Source: Anthoceros angustus (Eukaryota; Plantae; Anthocerotophyta). Taken from it: a stretch of 64,000 bases of DNA. Made by a program: the position numbers and the translations under genes. Below, piece after piece: positions 22,064-35,000 of the stretch. Position 1 is the first letter of the stretch, and the number at the start of each line of letters is the position of its first letter. The stretch spans positions 1-64,000 of the forward strand of contig VJWM01000253.1 in assembly GCA_010909165.1 (NCBI GenBank), given 5' to 3'. The notes beneath the pieces were generated by a model. The model saw only the letters and a program-made list of their open reading frames with translations. It ran no database searches and was not told where the DNA came from.

Positions 22064-23229
22064 TGTGGTAGGAGAATCAGGGGCACTCCCAGGTCCTCCC
22101 ACTATAGCGGCCACTTATCCCAGCCGTCGTTGGGTTTCGTCCCATGAGACTTGTGTGAAAGTTCGAGGCCTTGGTCGCAATGCTGCACACTCGGCCTTCT
22201 CAAGCAAGGCGCCCCTCTACTCTCCCTCTCACGGTGCACCACTTGCCTTGATCGCCAACCCTCGACCCCTGGCGACACAAAACAATTGCGGTCACCTCGT
22301 GAGGAGCCTACCACGGGCGCCCGGGGACCCCAGTTCACACCGATTTCGTCCCTACTTCTAAGACCAAACTTGACCTAGCGACACAACACAATTGCGGTCA
22401 CGCCTCGTGACAAGAGCCTACCACGGGCGAGACCCCAGTTCACACCGCGATTTCGTCCCTACTTCTAAGACCAAACTTCTCCACTCGGGGCGCTCTTTTA
22501 CTTGCATTTGGGATTCGTCCCTTAGGCTCTGCACTGGCCTTCCACTAACACCTACACCTCTAATCCTCTACTCATCTTCTCATCTCCTCATCCTCTTCCT
22601 CCTAGTCTAACCTCGATTCGGGCTTCTTGGTTTCGACTCGCCCTTACGGCTGCACAGGGTCGCCTCCACCGGCAAGTTCTTCCTTGGGCGGTTGCTATGA
22701 GTTTGACACAGACGGAGAACCTCGAGTCTTTCCTGTAGTCTACCCTCAAGCCGAGAGTTCTCGGGCATTTGCCACACACCCAAAGCAAAGCAATTTCACG
22801 GCAACCATTCACAAGGGAGCAACTCGTTTAGGCACTTGCGAGCAAGTCCTCCACCAACACTCACCACCGACTTCCTCTCTACCGGACTTGGCTCACGGAC
22901 ACGAAATTCCTCTGTAATGGCAAAGGACTCGATGGCGTGGGCGCAAGACATGATACTTTACTTTGTGAAATCCTCCTCCTCTTATAGGAGGCCTTCCACA
23001 TACAACCTCCCTTGGTGACCCTCTGCGGTCACCTTTTCCAATATTCTATTATTTCCTACACTTGACATTTAATGTCGGCACCTAAATCTATTATATCCTT
23101 GGTAAATTCTATTCTAGTAACTTCACCTAAGACCATCCTTGAAGGATGTCGATCTACCACCTATCCTTCCTTCCCCAAAGCTCATTTATGGTCATTGACC
23201 ATTCTTAGTCACCTTCTGGGGTGGTGACA
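22064..23229 (-). repeat. Gypsy A 3' LTR
   Basis: TGTGGTAGGAGAATC...GGGGTGGTGACA; matches 35732-36904. Internal 2x ~106-bp repeat (22275-22480). TATAAG on the minus strand at 22981-22986. Confidence 0.85.
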
Positions 23230-25790
23230 TGGTGGATTGGCTCCCTCGCCCTCCTTTTGCTCTTGCCCTTCCCGGATCTTTCGCCTTAATGTGTGGGGCA
23301 AGTACAATCTTGCCCTTCCTCCATCTCCGAGGCGGCGCCTAAAGTCTGTTATCTTCCATCGGTGCCCCTCCCGCGCACCTAGGCGCCTTCTCCATCTCCG
23401 CTGGTCGCGCCCGTTCATCGCACCCTACCGCGGTAGTCAGCGGACTACGGGGTGACTTCATGGTAGTCGGTACCTATCTCCTTCTTCCTTCCTTCCGGTG
23501 AGGTCTTGGGATCTTCCATCGTCGCGCCCCTCCGCGCACCTAGGCGCCTTCTCCATCTCCGCCTGGTCGCGCCCGTTCATCGCACCCTACGCGGTAGTCG
23601 GCGGACTACCGTGGTAGGTGACTACCATGGTAGTCCTCCTATCTCCTTCTTCCCCCCTCGGTGAGGTTTCTTGGGTAGATCTTCATTGCTCTTTGCCTTC
23701 TTGGTTTGTCCATACCTATCATAGAGCACCTTCATCTTCTTCACCATGCGTTCTAATCCTCGGGCCTTCTTGACTCCTCCTGGTCCTCCTCCCTTATCGT
23801 GGGGGCGGGGAACTTCTCACCCTCCCCTTCCTCGTGGGGACCGTCCTTAGTCTCCTCGGTGGGGTTGTCTCCTCCGGTGGGGTTGTCTCTCCCACCACCC
23901 CAATGCTCCTCAGGGGTATACTACGGACCCCCTCCTCATCCTCCGGCCTCCAGCGACTCTGCGCCCGCGCTGCCCTACCGGGTAGTCAGCGGACTACCGG
24001 CGTGGTGTGTCTACCACGGTAGTGGCGGACTACCGTGGTGGTCACCCTACCGTGGTAGGTTGACCCCGGGAGGTGGGCTTTCCCCCCTCCTTGCTCTCTG
24101 CGCCACCTTCCACCTTCTTGTGGCGCTCCTCACCTCCACTCTCTCGATTCCTCGAGTCCATTTGATGGCCTCATCAAAATCGGAGGCCTCTGTGCACTTC
24201 TGACTCCTTCATCATCATGAGGACCCAATGTCCTCCTCTTGTGGCCTTCCACTAACACACCTCTAATCCTCTCATCTTCTCATCTCCTCATCCTCTTCCT
24301 CCTATTCTAACCTCGATTCGGGCTTCTTGGTTTCGACTCGCCCTTACAGCTGCACAGGGTCGCCTCCACCGGCAAGTTCTTCCTTGGGCGGTTGCTATGA
24401 GTTTGACACCGAGAACCTCGAGTCTTTCACTGTAGTCTACCCTCAAGCCGAGAGTTCTGGGCATTTGCCACACACCCAAAGCAATTTCACAACCATTCAC
24501 AAGAGCAACTCGTTTAGGCACTTGCGTGAGCAAGTCCTCCACCAAGCACTCAGACCACGCGACTTCCTCTCTGCAGACTGCGTTGGCTCACGGTACACGA
24601 AATTCCTCTGTAATGGCAAAGGACTCGATGGCGTGGGCGCAAGACATGATACTTTACTTTGTGAAATCCTCCTCCTCTTATAGGAGGCCTTCCACATACA
24701 ACCTCCCTTGGGTGACCCTCTGCGGTCACCTTTTCCAATTCTATTATTTCCTACCGACATTTAATGTCGGCACCTAAATCTATTGCATCCTTGGTAAATT
24801 CTATTCTAGTAACTTCACCTAAGACCATCCTTGAAGGATGTCGATTACACCACCTATCCTTCCTTCCCCTAGCTCATTTATGGTCATTGACCATTCTTAG
24901 TCTTATCTCTTTGGGGTGGTGACATGTCCCTTGGATTGGCTCCCTCGCCCTCCTTTTGCTCTTGCCCTTCCCGGATCTTGTCGCCTTCCTAATGTGTGGG
25001 GCAAGTACAATCTTGCCCTTCCTCCATCTCCGGGCGCCTTCTGTATCTTCCATCGCGCCCCTCCGCGCACCTAGGCGCCCCTCTCCCCCGCCCGTCGCCG
25101 TTCATCGCACCCTACCGCGGTAGTCGGCGGACTACGGGGTGACTACCATGGTAGTCGGTACCTATCTCCTTCTTCTCCTTCCTCCGCCGGTGAGGTTTCT
25201 TGGGTGATCCTTTTGCTCTTTGCCTTCTGTTTGGTTTGTCCATACCTATCATAGAGCACCTTCATCTTCTCATCTCCTCATCCTCTTCCTCCATCTCCGG
25301 GCCTTTTGCGTTGGACTCCTCTCCGGTTCCTCCCTTACTCGTGGGCGGGGAACTTCTCACCCCTCCCCTTCCTCACGGGTCGGACCGTCCTTAGTCTCCT
25401 CGGTGGGGTTGTCTCCCACCACCCCAAGCTCCTCCGGGGGTATACTCGGACCCCGGCTCCTTCATCCTCGGCCGGGCCTCCCGACTGCTCTCCGCGCCCA
25501 CGGCTGCCCTACCCGGTAGTCGGCGGACTACGGCGTGGTGTGTCTACCCACTGGCGGACTACCGTGGTGGTCACTGAGTAGGTGACCCCCGGAGGTGGGC
25601 TTTCCCCCCTCCTTGCTCTCGCCACCTTCTACCTTTGGCGCTCGGCGCTCCCTCTCGACTCCTCAGTTCCTCGGAGTCCATTTCGTGATGGCCTCATCAA
25701 AATCGGAGGCCTCTGGCTGCACTTGTTGCAGCTCCTTCATCATCATCATGAGGACCCAATGTCCTCCTCTTGGCCAAGTAAGACTTCATT
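22535..25790. repeat. ~1.7-kb tandem duplication of part of the gypsy A LTR plus the adjacent 3' internal region
   Basis: ~22535-24240 is repeated at ~24241-25790 (second LTR end GGTGGTGACA at 24924). TGGCC microhomology at the junction. Confidence 0.88.
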
Positions 25791-25849
25791 GTTGGCCTTC
25801 AGATCTATTGTGGAGGTGAGCCCCAAGCTATGATATTGCATTTGGAGAT

Positions 25850-28680
25850 CATCAATCTCGTGGGCCACTCTCCATCTTCACACCTACCTTTGTAGGCGTC
25901 CCTTGAGGTGGTCAATTCCCCACCTTGACATGGAGGTTACATTCTCCTCCCTCACTTCCTTTTGGCTGGCCAATTTTGCACGAAGGGCATAATGCCCAAA
26001 ATCTTCTTCCTCACTACCCGACGTGCATGTACCACCTTCTTGTGGCGCTCCTCCGAGACCTCCTTTGTTCCAGTCGCTATTGAGCAAGCCCTTCTCCACT
26101 TGCCAAGCATCTTCTCCCTCGCTCAATTTTGTGCTTCCAGCAGCTCGCGCTTCTCTTCCAAAGCGGGCTCTTCTCCTCTTCCATATCCGGATCTTGATGG
26201 CTTGGTAGCCATCACTGCTCTTGGCGTCCATTCTTTGGACGCTACCTTCTCCCGAGCCTCTGTTTTTCCTCTCTTGCTCTAATTGGGCAAAATGCTCCTC
26301 CTCTGGACCTCCTTTGTTCCAAGTCCTCTATTCTTGAGCAAGCCCTTCTCCACTTGCCAAGCATCTCTCGCGCTCTCTGGTCTTGGCTTTTAGCTCGCGC
26401 TTCTCTTCAAGCTCTTCTCCTTCTCTCCTCTTCATGTCCGGATCTTGATGGCTTGGGTAGCCATCACACTCTTGCGTCCATTCTTTGGACCGCTACCTTC
26501 TCCCTAGAGAGCCTCTGTTTTGCCCTTCTCTTGCTCTAATTGGGCAAAATGCTCCTCATATACTGCCTCCATGAGAATCCGTTGGGTTGTTGCTCGAATG
26601 GCTCTTTCTTGACTGCGACAACCTTCCCTCAGACCTTCTCCGTGTCATCCATGAGGTCGCTGGAGCTTCTCCTGACCTTTCCAATTTGGCTGCCTTTTCA
26701 TCGGACTCCATGGCCTCCAATTGCCATTTGGTCCTGCCTTCCTCCGGCCATGTCTTGAGATTTCACTTCCTCTTGGCATGCCCACAAGGAGGCTGGTCTC
26801 TAGCCCCTTCAAATCCACGGTGAGTGCTTCACAAGCACCCGGCAATTCTCCTAGGGGTCCTAATTCCACCTTCTCTTCTTCTTGAAATTTCCAGCTCTCA
26901 CGCCTCTCGGGCCATCGCGCGGTGGCCTTGGCCTTCACCGTCGCTCCATCCGCTCTCCCACAGCGCGGAGATGGTGGCCTTGGCCTTCCTCCGGCCATGT
27001 CTTGAGCTTCTCCTTCCCCTTCCACCGCCGTAGGCTGTTTTGCACGGCGTGGGGTGCCTACAGCGGTGGTGCTCCCCCCCGTGATGCGCCTACCTACCAT
27101 GGTGGTGGCCTACCATGGTGCCCACCCCTTGGTGTGCCTCCCTGGGTAGTCAGCCGGGTGCCTCTCTCGTAGGCACAAAGGAGATGGTGGGGACTCCCCA
27201 CTCTCGCATCACCCCTCCTGGTCCTTCTCTCATAGACCACCATTCGGCCTTCTTCGGCGCCGCTCTTCTTCCTTGCTTGCTCACAGCGGGAAAGGATTCC
27301 CACTCGGCAACTTTGTTGCCTCGAACCTTCTCCTCTTGCTTCTAGCATGCTTGTGGAGTCGACCTCCCACCGTCTTCGCAATGCAAAGGCAAAGGCCTTT
27401 CCAACCTCTGGAGATGGATGACCTCAAAGGGATGCCATGCATCTTCAAGCTCCTTGCTTGTGAGAAGTCCCTCGGTTTCCCATAAATGCACCAAATAGGT
27501 GCTAAGATAGCAGGCCTTGGCCTTCCTCATCCACGAATTTGGCTTGAGGAGCTTCTCTCGATGGTGTATGCTTCATACATGATAGTCCCCAATCCGGCTT
27601 GGCTCCCATGGAAATCTTCCACAAAAATTGGAGGAAGTTGGTCTTTGAAATAAGAGTGCGTTGGTAATTTACCAACCCCGGCACAATCTTTGCGAAGAGC
27701 CTCCACTTGACTCCTTGATGCTCTCGGTCTTCCGGCCATTCTTGGCGTGGGCCTTCACTCCTCCATCCATCATGTCAAGGAACTCTCTGCGGGATGTCGG
27801 AGGCTGTCCTCTTCCCCCATTCGACCTTTCGAGGAGAGCAATTCCAGTGCTCTCTTCCTCCGGTCTCCCGTACACCTGACGAATACTCCTCACGGTCCAG
27901 CGGGATCCGTTCTAGCATTCCTTTCCGGTAGCGCGGCGAGGGCTGCTTCCGATTGATGGAGGTTGATGTAACACTCCTCAATCAATTCCAAATTGGTGTA
28001 GGCCCATTGGCGGCCATACACCCATCCTAATTGGATGTTCTCCTCCTTCTGAAAATCAACCAAATCTGGGGTTGCTGCCAAAGCAAGTGAATTGGGCATC
28101 ACAAGTTCACCTCCCCACAGCGGTGGCCCTGCTGCTTCTTTCTTTCCTTCTCCTCGCGAGGAGAGCCCTTGCCTTTTCCTTTCGAGGCATGGCACCTTCC
28201 TTCTCCTCGCTCTAGCAAATTACTTCCCAATTTTCAGCGTTGTGCTCCAAGCTTCACCAAAACCTCCTTTTCTCACTCCCGACACACACAAGCACGTTAG
28301 CCTGCTTGAGCCTCGGCTGTGCCAATTCCTCCCTTGATTTCTTCTCAGCGCCCGCGGCAGGTAGTGTGATTTTCCTCCTTCTACTCTCATTTCCTTCACC
28401 TTCTTGCTTGAGCTCCAACCCGCGCTCTCTCCGGTGCGGCTCCTTCAATGTCTCTTCCCGGTCGCTTCGGTGCCACGGCTTGGCCTCCTCTTTCTCCTTT
28501 CCGCTGTTCTCTTCGCCTTCTCGTTATGGGTGGCGGCGGCGGCAGCGCTCTTCTCCCCCTTCTTTTGCGCTCGGCGGTCTCGGTCTCTTGGGAGTGAGTT
28601 CGCCTTAGCTCGAAAGTTGGCCCCAAGCGCACTTTGCCCTTTGGATGGCGCCACGGCGCACAACCCTAGATTGGTTCATC
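25850..28680 (-). pseudogene. Gypsy A extra ORF downstream of pol (unknown function, coiled-coil C-terminus)
   Basis: GWVYGRQWAYTNLELIEECY, DWGTIMYEAY, KACYLSTYLVHLWETEGLLT. Contains a 2x ~250-bp repeat (26057-26558). Confidence 0.6.
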
Positions 28681-28999
28681 ATTCCAAAATCCTAATTCTA
28701 TAATACCTATTTTCCTATCCTAATTAATCTCTTCTAATTACTCTATATATTTATTCCCTATTGGTGAGCATATATAGTGGATATCCCCTCTATTCTAATT
28801 TCCTTTTAGCGAGATTGTCACCTACCGTGATACGCGACTTACCAGCGATAGTCTGCTCCCTCCTACGGCGTGTGGCGACCTCGGTGATGCCGACCTACCA
28901 ACCTTTGTGCCCTTACGCGCAAATGCGTCGTTTGACCCGTTCTTTTCCTCTGGGATATCCTTTTGCCTTCCTAACAATATTCCCCTCTAGTTCAAGATT

Positions 29000-31900
29000 C
29001 TTGAATTTCTGCATGCTCCTCTTCAATCGTTCTAGCCAAAAAATCAAACTTGTTGTCTTGGCTCTTTTGGGCTGGTTGCCCAAACTTTTCGTTCACATAC
29101 TCCCCACCTCACTGTTTGCGTCCTGCAAACAACAGTACTCGGTGAGGTACTTAACCTTCCACCCATTTACTCGGTGGCTAATTCTCCCCAATACTGCGAG
29201 TTACGGATCCATTCTCGTATCTGCGACCACCTCGTAAGGTCCCATCCATCTTAGCCTAAGCTTCCTGGAAAGTCTAGGTACCGACTATCATATAGAAGAA
29301 CCAAATCCCGTCCACGATAGCCTCTTGCTTCCTCAACCTCCCATCATGCCTTTTACGAGTTCACAGAATCCGTGTTTCTTCTAAAGCATCCTCCCTCGTT
29401 CTTCTGCTCTATGAATGATTCTAGTCTAACTACAGCTATCCTCTGTCATCGTTCATCCTCCATGATTACAGGTGGGTACTTCAAATTCCACGGCATCACG
29501 GTGACATGCCATGTTAGATAATAAGGGTCTTTTGGTGGTTACCTTTTCCAGCGGTCTGTAAGCCCACATGCGAATGCAACTTAGCATCCCAATCATACAT
29601 ATGTGTCCACCTTGGTGAGGATTGTGCGAGCAACCCATTCGTCTTCTCCGTTAATCCATTCGCTTTGGGGTTGTAGGGGTGTCTTCGATGCGAATGTTGA
29701 AGTAGGTGGTTAGGGACTCAATAGAGTTGAGGAAATGTGTCCCCGTCGTGACCAACTCTAAAGGACATCCATACCGTTATGATGTTCTCGAATAAAACTT
29801 GCTCTGGGCGTCGTCCTTCCTTGTTGCTTCCACCATCTTTTGTAATCCGTAGCCACCAAAATGTCGCTTTCCATTGCGTTGGTGGTTTGATCGGTCTCTG
29901 ATCGATTCCCCACTTCTCGAGCACTTCTGTGCGGGATGTAGGTAAGAGGCCATTGTGTAAAAGCGTGGGCCAACCCTCGACACGCATCACACCTCGGGTG
30001 AACTCCACACATCCTTTTGCATCACGAAAACCCGGCATTCAAAATCTTCTTAACGGTCACTGCAATAGTGTCCACCTGCCTCTTACGCTGCAGCGCCTCC
30101 GTGTGAGTGCCTCCTTAACCGAGACAAGTCGGATCTTCGTCGGCCCAAGTTTATGCAGGACACCTTCCTTCACGTAGTGCGGCTTTATGGAGAAAGACCG
30201 CCTTCCCTTGACAACCCATCGGCATGATGCCATGCTCCGAAATTTCGTACTTCACGCTCAACAAATACCTCGGGCATGAACGCCCCTCGGTCTAATCTTC
30301 TCCTTCCGTGTGTCTCCTCCTCCTAGGACGTTCGTTAATGGCTCCGGATGGCGTGTATCCATCCTCGGCCCGGCTTCCACCATCTTTGCGTTCCTCAACG
30401 TGGTTTCGCATGTTCGCTTCATTCTCGTGTTGATTCGTCCCCTTCGGCCCCAACGTATCGGTCCATCTCGTGCTCCCATGGCGACCTCCTCGACTTGTTG
30501 CACCTCCATGGTCTTGAGGATTGCTGGATCCAACTCCCTTCGCAATTTTCTTCAAGCTTGTCATCATGAAGCTCCTTCCTCGCCCTGGCACCTCCTAGGC
30601 GTCTCCTCCTCGCGCCTCATGGCGCCTGGCCCGACCTCGCCAAGTGGGGCCTTCCGTCGCTCAAAAGCGGTGCTCTCATGTCCGTTTTTCTGCTTCCTTT
30701 TGCCAACGTGTGGCCTCACTTGCAGCCCCTGCTCACCCTTGAGGAGAATTCAGCCTCCTCCTTGCGCCCATGCTGGCCATCCTATCTCCTCGGTTCCAGT
30801 TGTCTGCTGCGGCTTTTCACTGCGCTCCTTCTTGCTCATTTGGCCCCTCTGGCAGCTTGCTGATCAATTCTTAGGCCTTCGACAACATGCTCACCTCCTT
30901 CCCTTGACTTGGGTCATGGTAACCAACTCCTCGTCGAAATCGATCATCGTGGCTTCAAGTCGCTCTCCGGTCTTGACGAGAAATGAAATCAGCGTTACGA
31001 TGTTGCTTCCACCGGTTTCTCGTCATAGTCAAACTCTTGCAGCGATGTACCCACGGCAATCCTTCACAAATAAAGCTTGTTGACAAGATACTTCAGCAAA
31101 ATGGTCAACATGAAGCGTAACCTTGCAAGCAAGCGGATAGTCTAAACTTCTTACAAATGATACCAAGACCCTCCGCTCCGTGGTTGAGTAGTTCTTTTTG
31201 CATCTGAATTGTCTACCGCATAGAAAATCGGATGATCCGTTTCTTCTCATCTTTCGACTTAAGGCGGTCCCAATGGCATAGGCGGACACATCCGTATACA
31301 TGAAGCGGCTTCCCAATCCGGCGGTTGTAAAGTTGGCGCTCACCAAGCTGTCCTTCAAGCTGAAAAGCCTCTGCCCGCGTCGTCCATTCGAAGGTGTATC
31401 CTTTTTGGTTAATTGTGTCAACAAGGCTGCCTTCTTGGCGAAATCCTTGATGAACCTCCTGTAATACCCACTAGCCCTACAAAAGCTACTTTTGCCTTCG
31501 TTTGCAGTGCGTCCATCTTATCGCTACCTTCTCTTTATCTACCAATCCTCGTCACGAAACTCGATGTGCTAATAGAATACCCTCCGTCATGCCAAAATAA
31601 CACTTCCACGGATGAAGTTTCATGTTCGACTCAGCATTTGAAACATTGCCTCAAATGGTCTAAATGCAAGTTCCTTCTCCCAAATACACGAAATCATCGA
31701 ATACCTCCATGAACTTCCTCGGAAAATCTCGGAATATCGCGTTCACCACTGGAAAGTGGCGGGGCATTGCACAACCGAAGGGAGCTTGAATAGCGTAAGT
31801 TCCCCAATCCGTGTGAGCGTTGTCTTTGTCTGATCCTCCTCAGTGAAATTTGATTGTACCGAATATCCATCAAGCTGTACATCTCATGCCCAGCTCATGT

Positions 31901-33100
31901 CAACACTGTCCATGAAAGGTAAAGGGTGATGATCCTTCTTCGTTGCTTCATTGAGTTTTACGAAATCTTGACACACCGAACCTTTCCTGCGCTTCTTTGG
32001 TACAATCACGATGGGGCGACCCACTCCTTTGGTGAGCACGGATAAATCACCCGACCTCCAAGTATTGGTCGGTGATCCTTAACAACCATGGAATACTTGG
32101 GATTGACTGTATTGCTTGATCCGTCTTGCCCTCCTTCAAATCTATTCGATGTATTCCCGGTTCTTCGGTATCCTGTCATGTCGGTAATCTTGAAGGCAAA
32201 CACATCGACATATTCTCTAAGGACCCTGAAACTCTTCTTTTCTATCCTAGGTACTTAGAAATCTTGACTACCTTGCTAGGTTCTAACTCTAGGTCTTCTA
32301 CATCGGGATCTACATATGTTCCTTGCTGCCTATCTTGGTTCGGATCCCTCTTAGGAAAGTCTCGCTCATAAGCCAGCCCTTCCAAAAGGCTACTCCTTCT
32401 CTATGGGCCTCATCCTCGGACTCTTCTATGGCTTCCTCTATATAGCAGGCCAAATCACTCTTTATTTTGACCTCATGAGGACCCCGATATGCTCGATCCT
32501 TTGCAGGAGCTTACCCCGTGCTACAGGGTGTACCGTCGGTGGGTTGCGGACTCCCCTCATAAGGAGCCTTACTCCATGACACAAAAGCAATCGCGGTCCG
32601 TATCTGGACTTGAAGGTGATGCCACTCGACCAAAATCAAAACACACAGCGTTACCATACAACCAAGGCCTACCTATCAAAACCTTATAGCCTAGATAAAC
32701 GGCGCATCACAATGTAGGTAAGATGGAAGGTGAGTCCCCAATTCTGTGGGCACGTCCTTGGCACCCCTGGCTTTCTCCTTGCAGTCGGCCATCCGTAAAA
32801 ATACTCGGGCGGGTGAAACTCGGTGAACCCGAGTTGATGAGCCGTCTCCTCCGTCATCAAGTTGACTCGATCCGAATCTAATGGCACGTCGGGCACCAAA
32901 CACCCGCAATCTCAACCTCAATCTCGGGTGCCCCAAATCAAGAGTTCGACCACATTTACCTCCATGCGCTTTCTCCCTCCCTACGCTTGATTCGATCGCC
33001 TCCTTCACAATTTTGCGGGATCTTGGACTTCGCAAACAGCATCTCGGTGACCACAAATTCGCGGTCAAGTAATCGTCAGCCCGGAGATTTTATCGACAAG
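29000..33100 (-). pseudogene. pol: Gypsy A pol (protease, RT, RNase H, integrase), frameshifted
   Basis: Protease-like LDS..VNLM (~32850); RT VVPIVIVPK, DWGTYA..PFG(L)CNAP; RNase H TDVSAYAIG..NYSTTER; integrase EKWGID..PIKPP, LFENIIT, TPYNP.ANG. Confidence 0.9.
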
Positions 33101-33149
33101 TTTCCTCCCGCTTGCAGCCACAGCTGGTCGACTCCGACCTTATTGGTAA

Positions 33150-35000
33150 AGTTCGATTCCATGATCCTCCTATCGGTGGGACCCATACGTGGATCAATTA
33201 CGGCTCTGCGACCTCTTTCCCGTGTGAGCTGTTTAATTCATCTTCCGGCATTGCCGCTACTTCTCGACTAATGTCGGGAGGAAGCGCGTTCGTTCCTCCC
33301 CTCCTTTGGTCTGCGTCCCGCCAGGTGTAGTCTATCCGTGTGCCGGACTCGGGTAGTCTTCTGCCTGGGCGGTCTTGTTCTGCTCCTCTTGTGCTGCGCG
33401 TCTCCGGAGGCCATGGTGAGTCATCCCTCACCTTCCTCCGCTTCCTTTCCTCATCGCCGCGTTTTCCATCCGGCCTTTCTCCGGCCCGATCGGTGGTCAC
33501 CTTGGCCACCATCAACCTTTCATCCGCGCTCATCTCTCCCTTTATCCTTCCTCCACGATACGGCGTCTGCAGATCCTCGAGGAATCGTACTCCACCTTCA
33601 ACACCTGTTGTGGTCGTATTCGGTTTTTGAGTTGGGTCGTGCCTCTTCCACTGCAGCTCGTAAACGACTCCTGGTCGTGGTGTCACTCGCGTCACCCGTG
33701 CATCACAGGGTCCCCATTTTATGTCCCAATTCCTTACATGACAAAGGGTACATAACCTGCTTCCGTGGTTACGGGCATTCGTTGAGTAGTGACGGGGCTC
33801 CGCAATTATGCAACACCCATGGAATTGCCGCCCGGTGATGGATCGGTCTCCATTGTCGGCGATGTCGGACGTGATCCATACCTTGAGGGTGAGTCGGTTG
33901 GTAAGTCGCCCTCATTGATTGAGGTGGTCGACTTCGATGACGCTTGCACGAGCTCGTCCATACCAATAATCTCCGGCATAACGGTTTCCACATGATTTAC
34001 GCGTGTCGCGGTGCATACATTCTCGGTTGGTGTGTCCGTTTGATGACGGTGAGCAATACACCAAGCGTCTTGGAGGAGATCTTCGTGGAGCTTGATTCTT
34101 CACGCCTTGACCTCAACTCGGTCAATCTTGGTCAAAGCCTCCACTTGTCCGGAATCCCTCCTCGCTGCAGACGTTTCTCCCTTCTCCATCCGACGGACCG
34201 TCTTCCCTTTCCTCTCCTTCTCCAATGCGCGTTCCGCCTCCTCTTGTCGTTTGACCTTCTCCGGGTCCTTCTCATTTCGTTCGTAGGCCTTCTCGATTCC
34301 TCATCCGATGTGGAGCTTTCAGTTCATTGTCCTCACTTTCGATGAGGGCGGCGAGCTGGAGGAGGTGAGGAAGGCGAGGAGCTAGATCTCCTCGATCCTT
34401 CCTCTTCTTATGACTCCGCCTCTTCTTCCTCCTTCTCCCCGGCGGACTCCCATTCCTCGGCTAAGCGGAGGCCCCTTAGCGTCTTCGTTCTGCGGTGTAC
34501 CTCCATTTTCGTGACAAGCCACTCACAAACCAATCCAACGCTTGCTCTTGTGAGTACCCAGTGGGTGGATCTCCGGCCTCTCGGGTGCACATTTGAACTC
34601 GATCCGGATATCCATAAAACCTCTCCACATAATCGAACAAGACTCGTTTCTTCCGGAGGGTTCTCAACTTTGCCAAGTGTGGTGTGCGTCGAGCCCTCGG
34701 AACCGATTCAAGAAATGCCTTAAGAGCTTCCCAATCGTGGCATTATATGTGCGACCATACCCTTGTGGGCATGCCCTCTCGGCGATCCGGAAAGATCGCG
34801 ATCGCTCGGCGACTCCATCCTCCAAATTAGCGTGGGAGGCGTGCTCAAAGTTCTTAGCGCCTCGTCATCTCCCTTCTTCTTCTCGGAATTTGGCGTATTC
34901 TTGGCGACTATGAAGTTAGGCGGTCCTCCTCCTCCACCAACTCCACTCATGTTGCTCGTTCGTGTCCTGGCAACCAACACTCCTCTCGCCGGTAGCGAAA
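33150..35000 (-). pseudogene. gag: Gypsy A gag with CCHC zinc knuckle(s)
   Basis: KKRVLFDYVERFYGYP, EQALDWFVSGLSRKW, VYCS....GHTNRECM. Confidence 0.75.

Noticed and set aside
22131-22156. Hammerhead-ribozyme-like GGACGAAAC on the minus strand of the gypsy LTRs
   Set aside because: A small stem precedes GAAA, but the required CUGANGA core is absent upstream.
29100-29300. Chromodomain at the gypsy integrase C-terminus
   Set aside because: The integrase ends with a GPY/F-type motif (WMGPYEVV...VNGWKVK), and no chromodomain signature was seen afterwards.
30310-31083. 257-aa + strand ORF, and similar + ORFs such as 36061-36684 and 44082-44612
   Set aside because: Antisense shadows of minus-strand gypsy pol or LTR sequence; Ser/Pro/Leu-rich, as expected from the purine bias of the element strand.
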